Of a stretch of 64,000 nucleotides of DNA, positions 9,829 to 22,202 are shown piece after piece. A program made the translations under genes and the position numbers. The notes below the pieces were generated by a model. It worked only from the letters and a program-made list of their open reading frames with translations. It was not told the origin of the DNA and searched no databases. This DNA is from a virus (lineage: Duplodnaviria; Caudoviricetes): positions 174 to 64,173 of the IMG/VR virus record IMGVR_UViG_3300005617_000232. The stretch is one strand, 5' to 3'. Position 1 is the stretch's first letter. Each line of letters begins with the position of its first letter.

Positions 9829-10133
9829 GTAACGATCCCCGTGGGCGCACTCTCCGCGACGTTGGATGGCAGCGGCGGCGCTGGCGCGTAGGTCCCCACG
9901 TCCAGGCTGAACGCTCCGTTGCTGCCGCGACAGACGGCGGCCACCTGAAACGGCGGACCGGGCACTGTCTTGGAGAACTTCGCCTCGCGCCTCGGCGTGC
10001 CGTCCTTCAGGTTTGCGGTCGCCACCGACACTGCCTGGCCGTTCGCGTAGAGGACGTAGCCGCCGACTCCCGCTGGCGGTGTCCATCCCAGCGTGATGGT
10101 CGTGCTCGTCTCCGCGATCTTCGTGAGTGTCAC
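9825..10133 (-). CDS. fibronectin-III-like small protein
   Basis: TSTTITLGWTPP..VGGYVLY..G...FQVAAV pattern. Confidence 0.55.
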   Translation of the reverse strand: MTLTKIAETSTTITLGWTPPAGVGGYVLYANGQAVSVATANLKDGTPRREAKFSKTVPGPPFQVAAVCRGSNGAFSLDVGTYAPAPPLPSNVAESAPTGIVT

Positions 10134-10318
10134 TGGCCCCTCAGGTGCTCTAGAAGCTCGGCACGGTCCATCGCGTCCACGTCGATGTTCTTGTGGTCCG
10201 CGGTGAGCGCGGGATGAAGTTCCGAATCGAACAGAGTCGCCGACGCCAGCACGCGGAGCGTCGCGGTGTCCATCTGCTCCAACTCGGCGTCGGGGATGTC
10301 TACGAGGCGGTCTGCCAT
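10130..10318 (-). CDS. small helical protein (Rho-N/HeH-like)
   Basis: LEQMDTATLRVLA...MDRAELLEHL; start just below a TACACT -10 box. Confidence 0.5.
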   Translation of the reverse strand: MADRLVDIPDAELEQMDTATLRVLASATLFDSELHPALTADHKNIDVDAMDRAELLEHLRGQ

Positions 10319-10337
10319 CACGCGGGAGTGTAGTACG

Positions 10338-11048
10338 TCACCAGCCCACCGCCGAGAGCCAGTCCGCATCGCGCATCGCGCCACCGCTGCTCGCGATGAA
10401 GGCAGCGGAGATCGCGATGTAGTTCGACGCCGCAGCGGTCGTATGCGTCCATGTGGACTGCTCGGCCCCTGCGCCGCTCTTGTCGCGGTACTCCAACTCC
10501 ATGTTCGCTCCCGAGTTGACCGCCGTCTCGTCCGCCTCGGTGTAGTTCGTGCCCGGCGCAATGGTCGTCGTCGGGGTAGAGGCGTGTACCTCCACGCAAG
10601 CCACGATCAGCGCGTTTGCCGCGTTCGGCGTATGCGCCGCACAGGTCAGGCCGTCGGTCGAGGTATTGGTGGCCGTGCGCGGCTGCGTGTTGAACGTGTC
10701 GAGCACGTCGGTCGTCGTCGAGAACTCGGCCACGATGAGCCGTCGGAAGGCGGCGCTGGCCGAGAAGGTGACCGTCACGGTCGAGGAGCCAGCGTTCGCC
10801 TGGCGCTTGTAGTACATGGCGAGGCCCTGCCCCTGTGTGATGTCGCGGACCTCGGCGATGAGGGTGAAGACGTTGCCGAGGCCGTCGGAGACATCGGTGA
10901 TCGCGTTCGTGTTGCCCGCCCCAAGGTCGTAGCTGATCTCGGCGATGAGCAGGCTGCCCGCCGTGACCGGTGCCCCCAGGGTGGCGGCGATGGTGCCCGC
11001 GCTCCCCGAGCCGGGGTTGTTGGCGATCGACTGAAGCTCGGTGGACAT
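10338..11048 (-). CDS. putative virion structural protein (beta-sandwich)
   Basis: 236 aa, Thr/Ala/Ser-rich; VTAGSLLIA..VSDGLGNVFT pattern common in phage accessory virion proteins. Confidence 0.6.
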   Translation of the reverse strand: MSTELQSIANNPGSGSAGTIAATLGAPVTAGSLLIAEISYDLGAGNTNAITDVSDGLGNVFTLIAEVRDITQGQGLAMYYKRQANAGSSTVTVTFSASAAFRRLIVAEFSTTTDVLDTFNTQPRTATNTSTDGLTCAAHTPNAANALIVACVEVHASTPTTTIAPGTNYTEADETAVNSGANMELEYRDKSGAGAEQSTWTHTTAAASNYIAISAAFIASSGGAMRDADWLSAVGW

Positions 11049-12389
11049 CTAGCCCACCGGGTTCGGCAGCCACAGATCGGGCACGAAGATGCCCGAGCGG
11101 CGGCGGTGCCACGCGCCCCGCGCGCGCTCCATGAGAACGGCGGTCGCTCCTGCGTTCACGAAGCCGTGGCGCGGCTGATAGGTGGCGGCGACAACCGCTG
11201 GCGTGTAGTCAACGAGCGCGCCCATGAAGTCGCAGTACTGGGTACGCGACGAAGACGACGTGTTCTTGCGGACGCGGAGCACCGGGGACGTTCCCACGGT
11301 GACGTTCGATCCGACCGTTCCCGAGTAGTCCACTGTCTTTCCGCCGCCAGCCCAGTGGAAGCCCGAGGTGGACGCCGCCGAGCCATCCGTGGAGGTGGTG
11401 AACTCAGAGATGACCGGGTTCGAGAGCATCTGGAACCCGCAACTAGCCACAGCGGCGGCCGAGTAGGCGTGGTCGCCGAGGATGCAGATCGCGTTCAGCG
11501 TGTCACCGCTGGCGATCCCGGCCGTGGTGTAGCTCGTCAGGTTCGCGTCGTAAGTGTCCGTCGTATTGGCTGCCGAGCGTTTGATCTGAGAAGGCTGCGT
11601 GGTGGGACTCGCCACGCCGAGAGGATGGGTGTTATCGACGTCGTTGAACAGGTTGGTCGTACCAGCAGCCGCGTTCGTCCAGCCGACGCGGGCGTTGTCC
11701 GAGATGGGGATGAGCAGGTAGATCTTCCCGTCACCCGGCCATGAGGTGTTGCTCGTCCCGGTTGAATCGTTCACGGCACAATCGTCGGAGTACATCACCT
11801 TGCTGCTACCAGGGCTTGTGATGTGCCCGACGCTGAGGGTGGTGGTAGACGCAAGCGTCAATCCGCTGGACGTAGCGACCGTCGTCCCTTCGAGTCGAAG
11901 CTCGACATCGGTGATCTGATTGCTCGCGTTCCTGATGATCTTCACCTCGACGCGATACCAAACCGAGCCGTCGAGCGCGACCGCAGCGGAGTCGGAGCCG
12001 ATCTGCGCTCCGGTCACGTTGTTCTGAAGCGCCAGGACGCCAGTCGTCTTGAGGATGACGCTGACGCCCTGGGTGCCCGACCGGATGCCCGCTACTCCCA
12101 TGATCTCCGTGTTCGACGTGGGGGTCGTGTCGAACCGGAAGTAGCAGCGCGTGAATGACGTCTGGGAGGCCGCATAGATCACGGACGTACCCAGCGCCGC
12201 CGCCTGCTTTAGCGGGTTGACGACCTGAGTCGCAGCGACGCTCGTATCGAACTTGACCGAAGCCACACCGCTACGGAAGACGGACGTATCACGGCTCGGA
12301 TCGGTGCCGGAAACCGTAGCCTCTAGCGTTGCCTCCGGGCTTCCGGCGGCGAATCCGATCTCGAAGCCACAGGTGACGAGCCTTGCCAC
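11049..12389 (-). CDS. putative virion protein with lectin/LamG-like N-terminal domain
   Basis: 446 aa, Ser/Thr-rich; TCGFE..., WYRVEVKI, MYSDDCAVND jelly-roll pattern. Confidence 0.6.
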   Translation of the reverse strand: MARLVTCGFEIGFAAGSPEATLEATVSGTDPSRDTSVFRSGVASVKFDTSVAATQVVNPLKQAAALGTSVIYAASQTSFTRCYFRFDTTPTSNTEIMGVAGIRSGTQGVSVILKTTGVLALQNNVTGAQIGSDSAAVALDGSVWYRVEVKIIRNASNQITDVELRLEGTTVATSSGLTLASTTTLSVGHITSPGSSKVMYSDDCAVNDSTGTSNTSWPGDGKIYLLIPISDNARVGWTNAAAGTTNLFNDVDNTHPLGVASPTTQPSQIKRSAANTTDTYDANLTSYTTAGIASGDTLNAICILGDHAYSAAAVASCGFQMLSNPVISEFTTSTDGSAASTSGFHWAGGGKTVDYSGTVGSNVTVGTSPVLRVRKNTSSSSRTQYCDFMGALVDYTPAVVAATYQPRHGFVNAGATAVLMERARGAWHRRRSGIFVPDLWLPNPVG

Positions 12390-12390
12390 T

Positions 12391-12711
12391 TTAGGGCACT
12401 GTCACCGTCGTCGAAGCGAACGTGTTCTTGTGGGAGAGGTTCCCGACCTCGACGGTGTACGTGCCCGACTCGGGTGCCAGGAAGGCGTCGTTCCAGTCGA
12501 AGCAGTCGTCGATGGTGTTCACGAACTGGCCCACCTGCACGCTGCCGTCGGGATGGATGACGCGCACTTCGACCGTCTTCGAGCCGGTGCCGCAGACGGT
12601 GAGGTCGATGTAGGTGCCGTCGTAGGTTGCCGAGACGGTGATCTTGCCCGCCTGCGCGGCGGGTGCCAGCGCGAGCGCGAGGATCGCGATGACGAGGACG
12701 ATGTAACGCAT
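12391..12711 (-). CDS. secreted protein with Sec signal peptide
   Basis: MRYIVLVIAILALALAPAAQA|G with AxA cleavage site; SD AAGGAGGAG. Confidence 0.7.
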   Translation of the reverse strand: MRYIVLVIAILALALAPAAQAGKITVSATYDGTYIDLTVCGTGSKTVEVRVIHPDGSVQVGQFVNTIDDCFDWNDAFLAPESGTYTVEVGNLSHKNTFASTTVTVP

Positions 12712-12723
12712 GACTCCTCCTTG

Positions 12724-17436
<4,713 letters not shown>

Positions 17437-17464
17437 GACGTAGACGGAAGTGGCGTATCAGGCT

Positions 17465-17492
17465 GAGGGGCGGGCAGGAACGCCCGCCCCTC
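17465..17492 (-). terminator. GC-rich hairpin after the major tail gene
   Basis: Perfect 11-bp stem GAGGGGCGGGC/GCCCGCCCCTC with 6-nt loop; no U-tract. Confidence 0.65.
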
Positions 17493-17512
17493 GCACGCCT
17501 ATCTCGCTCGGC

Positions 17513-18163
17513 TCAGCTTCCGATGGCTCCATCCCCGACCGTTCCGCACTCCGTCGCGGAGGGCAGATCGTCGTTGGTGAACCACCGTGCCCAGTTGACG
17601 ACGTCGGCACCGTTGGGCGGGCCGTCGCCGTAGGGGCCGCCGCCCCAGAGCGGGTTGCGAGCCGAGACACCGTTCAGCACGGTGCGGCCCACGCCTTCCG
17701 CCTGGGTGTTGTTGCCCCACCACCAGCGCGTCCTGGGGAACACCCAGTGGACGAGCTTGTAGGTGGAATCCGGCGCGTTGCCGACGTAGTGCTTCGCCCA
17801 GAACTCGAAGCCCACGTAGACCGGATCGTCATCGCAGTCCAGCGCGTCCGCGCCGTTGACACCGACGACCAGACCGGCGTTGGTGATCGGGTCGTCGCCC
17901 GTCATCATCGCCTCGGCCGCAGGCTCCAGCACGTCCTTGCCGAACTCGAACTCGAACCAGTTGAACACCGGGCGGCCCTTGATCGAGGCCACCGAGCAGC
18001 CGCAGCCATCGCGAGCGATGACGTCGGTGCCCTGGTCGATGTTCGGGTTGAACCCGACCGTGACCGGGTGGCGGCCGACATAGGTGCCTCCAGCCGCGTT
18101 CCCGTCGCTGTCGAGTTCCGTGATGCGGTAGGCGCAGAGGCCGTATGGCACTCCACACTGCAT
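17513..18163 (-). CDS. major tail (tube) protein
   Basis: Follows the capsid genes; RITELDSDG...GFEFWAK...HWVFP motifs resemble cluster-B-like actinophage major tail proteins. Confidence 0.7.
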   Translation of the reverse strand: MQCGVPYGLCAYRITELDSDGNAAGGTYVGRHPVTVGFNPNIDQGTDVIARDGCGCSVASIKGRPVFNWFEFEFGKDVLEPAAEAMMTGDDPITNAGLVVGVNGADALDCDDDPVYVGFEFWAKHYVGNAPDSTYKLVHWVFPRTRWWWGNNTQAEGVGRTVLNGVSARNPLWGGGPYGDGPPNGADVVNWARWFTNDDLPSATECGTVGDGAIGS

Positions 18164-18187
18164 GGTCTTACCTCCTCTCCAGCGAGG

Positions 18188-19060
18188 TCACGGGGTCGTG
18201 CTCCTGTCCACCCGGACGGCCGCGAGCAGCGCCGTGTCCCAATAGGCCACGTAGTTGCGCTCCGCTCGGAAGGTCGCCCGGTTGGTCGTGGTGTCCAGGA
18301 CCTGTGATGTCGGCCCGAGCACCTCGACTTCTGCATCGCGGGTCAGTCGCACCGGGCCGGTGGCCCAGGCGAAGCCCTGGTCGGCTGAGAGCGCGCCGCC
18401 TACGACGGCACCGATGTAGCCATCGCCGATGATCACCGGCGTGCCCCTCGGTGTGTACGCCCTCGTACCGTCGGTGTCGATCAGGTCGTAGGCCATCCAG
18501 GAGATGGCCGTTGCCGGATCGAGGTGGATCATGCCCTGCCGGGCCGTCGCCCCGATCGCGTTCTCCAGAAGCGAAGCCGCCTCCCGCGGGCCAACCGCTA
18601 CTGCCGCACTACCGGCGGGGAACGTCGCCCCCGCCCAGTCATTCGGCAGATCGGCTGGCTTCGTGAAGTGCGGTCGATCTGCGTCGGCGTCGCCGAAGGC
18701 CAGTTCCCTCTCGACCTGGAACCCCTCGACGGCGACGAACGCCTGACGGACGCGGTTACGCGCCCGCTGAGCGCCTGCCTCGTTGCCGAGGCCGATGCCG
18801 CTACACGAGAAGCTGAAGCCGACAGCGAAGGAACTGAACTCGGGCTGTGGTGCCTCGCCGCCTTCGTCCTTGACCCGCATGGTCCCGACCGCGCATGGGT
18901 TGTGGCTCCACGGTAGGTCGGTGGGGTAGGAGTCGACGACGACGCCCGCACGCCAGTGCGGATCGTTCTGGTCGATGATCGTGCCCGGGGTCGTGACGAT
19001 CCCGTAGGGCCGGGCAGACGGAGGAGGCCCGTCGATACGCAGTGGTGCGAGAGCGCTCAC
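18188..19060 (-). CDS. major capsid pentamer protein-like
   Basis: 290 aa directly after the hexamer; HWRAGV, EGFQVEREL, GMIH, TPRGTPVIIGDGY, ATGPV, AERNYV motifs. Confidence 0.7.
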   Translation of the reverse strand: MSALAPLRIDGPPPSARPYGIVTTPGTIIDQNDPHWRAGVVVDSYPTDLPWSHNPCAVGTMRVKDEGGEAPQPEFSSFAVGFSFSCSGIGLGNEAGAQRARNRVRQAFVAVEGFQVERELAFGDADADRPHFTKPADLPNDWAGATFPAGSAAVAVGPREAASLLENAIGATARQGMIHLDPATAISWMAYDLIDTDGTRAYTPRGTPVIIGDGYIGAVVGGALSADQGFAWATGPVRLTRDAEVEVLGPTSQVLDTTTNRATFRAERNYVAYWDTALLAAVRVDRSTTP

Positions 19061-19105
19061 TGGCTACCTCCTCCGTCTCGTGTCCGGCGATTCACCCTTC
19101 GTCCG

Positions 19106-20842
19106 TTACGCGCAGGACCTGGCCGTTGCGGTACCGGCGGTCGTGCCGTTCGGGCAGAGCGTGAACTGGCCGTAGAACGCCTCTGCGGCGATCACAGCCG
19201 CGTTCTCGAACGTCTCCGAGAAGAACTTGACGTCGTTCGTCTCGTTGAGGATCGAGTCGCGGACGAGGCCGAGGTTCAGTTCGCCCTGGTCGATGAACAG
19301 GATTCCGCCCTCGGGCCAGAGGAGCACCTCGGCGATGTTCGGCAGATCGAGGATGTCGCCCTCGCCCTGCGTTCCGATCACCTGAGCGCCGCCCGTGCGG
19401 CTGTCGAGGTACCAGTCCACGGCGACCTGCGTCCGTGCCTGGATGAGAGCCGCCACGGATGCGCGCGTGACAGGAGGCTCGATCTGGAACTGACGGGCCG
19501 TGAGGTCCGCCACGATCAGGTCGGCCAGCCATGCCGGTGCGAGCGACCGCAGGACTGCGGATGCCGCCAGGCGGTGCCGCGAGCGGTAGCCCGCTGCCAG
19601 CCTGAGCAGGTTGTAGACGAGGCCGTCGAAGGCACCGTATGCCTGCGCCGTCTCGGTGACCGTCTTGGTCTGCGGGTCAGCGAACACCGCGTCGAGCAGG
19701 AGGGAGTCCCGCGTGCGGGCCGCCTGCACGCCGAGCAGATCCTGATACGCAGCGATCAACTCGGGGAACGCGATGGACGCGAGGTTCCCTGCCTGGAGGC
19801 AGGCCGCGATGATGTCTGCCCGGACTTCCGAGTCCGTCGGGCACTCGACGACGACGCAGTCCTTCGTGAACGTGCCGCCTTCGTCCTGCGCCTCGGTGAG
19901 ATGCGTGATCCCGTCGGTCGTGTCCGTCGTCGCGATGGAGATGTCGGGGTAGTACCGCAGGCCGCCCCGCGTCGCGTTGAAGCCTGCGAACGCATCCCGG
20001 ACCGGGCGGTCCGTGACGCCCATCGCGTCGATGTCGTAGCGGATGGTGGACGGTGCGCACCAGCCACCGGCGGCGACCAGCGCCTCGGGGCCGCGCACCG
20101 CGCGGATCTTCGCGTCGTCGGCCTGGATGGAGTCGCCGTAGAGCCTGCGCTCCTCCGGGTACTCCCAGGACGCCGAAGCGACGACGACCTTCTGGACGAA
20201 TCCAGGAGGCGTCGAGACGAAGCTGCGGAGCGATGTCATCAGCGCGTGCGACAGACCGTCGCGGTCGAGCTTCTCGCCCTGCGGGATGCCCTCGATCCCG
20301 GCGGAAGCGACGAGGGACGCTACGGCCCCACCCTCACCCTCGACCGTGATCGGCTGGTGCCTGCGCGGCACCGCGGGCGGCTTGTGGCGGAAGGGAGCGA
20401 CCGAAGCGATGACCGCTTCCGGCTCCTCGACTGCCTCTGGCTCCTCGGTCGTCTCGGCCTCGGCCGTGACTTCGAGGACTTCCGGCTCCGAAGGCTCGGA
20501 CGGCTCGCTGGGAGCAGGCTCCTCGGGAGCAGGCTCGGACGGCTCGTCGGCCTCCAGTTCGACTCCCGCGTCGGCGGCCATCTCGGCCATCTCGGCGGCG
20601 AATCGCTCGGCCTCGGTCACCTTCTCGGTGAGCGCGGCCTTCAGGGCCTTTAGTGCGGATGCGCCCTCCTGCGCCAGTTCCTTGCGCTGGTTGAAGTCGG
20701 GCGGCTCCTCCATGCCCTCGAACGCCTCGCCGCTGGCGATGCGCCCGAACGCGGAGTTGTGCTGGTCGATGAGGTCCTGGATCTCCTCGACAGACATCGA
20801 GGTGATCTGCTCCAGATCGACCACGGGGAACAGCGGTTCCAT
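19106..20842 (-). CDS. major capsid hexamer protein with N-terminal scaffold-like region
   Basis: LVAAGGWCAPSTIRYD, RGGLRY, LNLGLVRDS.LN.TND..FFSETFE motifs; ATG at 20842 with SD GGGAGG. Confidence 0.88.
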   Translation of the reverse strand: MEPLFPVVDLEQITSMSVEEIQDLIDQHNSAFGRIASGEAFEGMEEPPDFNQRKELAQEGASALKALKAALTEKVTEAERFAAEMAEMAADAGVELEADEPSEPAPEEPAPSEPSEPSEPEVLEVTAEAETTEEPEAVEEPEAVIASVAPFRHKPPAVPRRHQPITVEGEGGAVASLVASAGIEGIPQGEKLDRDGLSHALMTSLRSFVSTPPGFVQKVVVASASWEYPEERRLYGDSIQADDAKIRAVRGPEALVAAGGWCAPSTIRYDIDAMGVTDRPVRDAFAGFNATRGGLRYYPDISIATTDTTDGITHLTEAQDEGGTFTKDCVVVECPTDSEVRADIIAACLQAGNLASIAFPELIAAYQDLLGVQAARTRDSLLLDAVFADPQTKTVTETAQAYGAFDGLVYNLLRLAAGYRSRHRLAASAVLRSLAPAWLADLIVADLTARQFQIEPPVTRASVAALIQARTQVAVDWYLDSRTGGAQVIGTQGEGDILDLPNIAEVLLWPEGGILFIDQGELNLGLVRDSILNETNDVKFFSETFENAAVIAAEAFYGQFTLCPNGTTAGTATARSCA

Positions 20843-20879
20843 TGCTGGGTCCTCCCACGAGAAGTGAACAACACGACTC

Positions 20880-20945
20880 GCGGTGCCCCCAGGACTTCCG
20901 CTGGCTTCGGTGACCCCCAGGATCACCGTAGTTGAAGGCAGGTTA
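20880..20945 (-). promoter_or_regulatory. capsid promoter (-10 TAACCT) and leader with two tandem hairpins
   Basis: CGGTGATCC-TGG-GGGTCACCG (20908-20928) and GCGGAAGTCC-TGG-GGGCACCGC (20880-20901). Confidence 0.55.
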
Positions 20946-20977
20946 GAGCACTAGGCGGATGGACGCAAGGAACGCGC

Positions 20978-21598
20978 TCAGTCGGCGACGAACACGGCGG
21001 CCTGGCGCGCCGGGTTCGTGCCCTTGTACATCCGGTTCTTCGCGAGCGACCAGCCGACGTCGGGGTGCTCGACCAGGCAGGGCACGGTGGCCCACACCGG
21101 CAGCTTGCGCGTGCGCACGAACGCGCCCACCACCGGATCGTCGCCGACGGTCAGCATCCTGCGCCGCGCGCGAGCGGCGACGTGCTCCTCCGCGAACGGG
21201 ACGAACTCCTCGACCAGGGCGCGCGGCCAGCAGAGCGCCACCACCGGTGTCCAGTTGACCGCGGTTGGAAGCTGGCACCACCGCTCGCCGCGCTTGGCCG
21301 CCTCGCGTACCCAGCGGCCGGGCAGGCCCATGCCGGGAACGAACAGCGCGACCAGATGGCCGGGGCGCTCGCTCAACGCCGCCAGGGCGCGCTCGCGGAA
21401 GCGGGTGCAGGGAACTGCATCGTCCTGCACGACCAGCCGCCAGGTGGCGTCCTGTGGCGTCCGGCGCAGGCACTCGATGTACGTGCGGATGGCCGAGGGC
21501 GGGCCGTCAGGCTCGGGGTCGTCGACCACCTCATAGGTCGAGAGCGCTTGGGGGAGCGCTCTCGACGGGTGGTGCTGGATGCAGATGGAGATGGTCAG
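20978..21598 (-). CDS. glycosyltransferase-like protein (GT-A)
   Basis: IQHHPSR, LVVQDDAVPC, GDD, PCLVEH motifs; probable CTG start at 21598 with SD AAGGAG and CTGA overlap. Confidence 0.7.
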   Translation of the reverse strand: MTISICIQHHPSRALPQALSTYEVVDDPEPDGPPSAIRTYIECLRRTPQDATWRLVVQDDAVPCTRFRERALAALSERPGHLVALFVPGMGLPGRWVREAAKRGERWCQLPTAVNWTPVVALCWPRALVEEFVPFAEEHVAARARRRMLTVGDDPVVGAFVRTRKLPVWATVPCLVEHPDVGWSLAKNRMYKGTNPARQAAVFVAD

Positions 21599-21762
21599 GC
21601 CATCTCCTTGCCGTCCTGGGGATCGTCGCCGTGGGTGAACACGGTCCAGCCGCACGACTTGAACGCAGGGCAGACTTTCCAGCGAAACAGGCCGTCGTAC
21701 TTGTAGTGCAAGAGTCTTCCGCAGCGGGGGCAGATCCTCCGCTCGCTGATGCCGACCCTCAC
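21595..21762 (-). CDS. small C4 zinc-ribbon protein
   Basis: CPRCG...VCPAFKSCGWT; GTGA overlap. Confidence 0.55.
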   Translation of the reverse strand: MRVGISERRICPRCGRLLHYKYDGLFRWKVCPAFKSCGWTVFTHGDDPQDGKEMA

Positions 21763-21884
21763 GACCGCACCTTCAACTCGTGCAGCGCGCACTGGGTCTT
21801 GACGGCATCGACGATCTGCTCGTAGGTCATTCCTGCTGCGAAGGCCGCTGCGACGGCCTCCTTGAGGATCTGGCTCGGCAGCAT
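21759..21884 (-). CDS. small hypothetical protein
   Basis: TAATG overlap start; 41 aa. Confidence 0.45.
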   Translation of the reverse strand: MLPSQILKEAVAAAFAAGMTYEQIVDAVKTQCALHELKVRS

Positions 21885-22147
21885 TAGTTCCACGTCCCAG
21901 GCCAACGCCGGTCGAGGTCTTCGTTGAGTTGCTTCCACCACTCGGTGGTGTCGCGTCCGTGAACAGGGCAGTGCTCCGCTGGCTTCCAGTTCTCGTAGCC
22001 CTCCGAGTCCACGCGGCTGATGCAGCCGTCGCAGTCCTCCTCAATCTGCTCAGTGATGAAGGCGTCGCGCTGGACGCTTTCGGAATCGCTGAACGTGCGC
22101 ACGCGCTGTGCGGTGGACATGACGTTCTCCTCTCGTGTGGACTTCAT
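21884..22147 (-). CDS. hypothetical protein (MKST start; alternative SD-led start at 22120)
   Basis: Downstream of a conserved promoter; CDGC..HCPVHG motif. Confidence 0.6.
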   Translation of the reverse strand: MKSTREENVMSTAQRVRTFSDSESVQRDAFITEQIEEDCDGCISRVDSEGYENWKPAEHCPVHGRDTTEWWKQLNEDLDRRWPGTWN

Positions 22148-22186
22148 GGCACACCTGACTCTAGCAGAGTGCCAGGACGGATGCAA
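22137..22186 (-). promoter_or_regulatory. promoter plus conserved 16-bp element
   Basis: TTGCAT-17-TAGAGT-5-GTGCCATGAAGTCCAC. Confidence 0.85.
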
Positions 22187-22202
22187 CCTCGATGTGGAGG
22201 AG

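Noticed and set aside
20843-20926. ORF-track N-terminal extension of the capsid protein (likewise 24495-24782, 26375-26563, 35233-35661)
   Set aside because: Downstream starts have SD sequences or stop/start overlaps; the extensions are leader sequence or overlap upstream genes.
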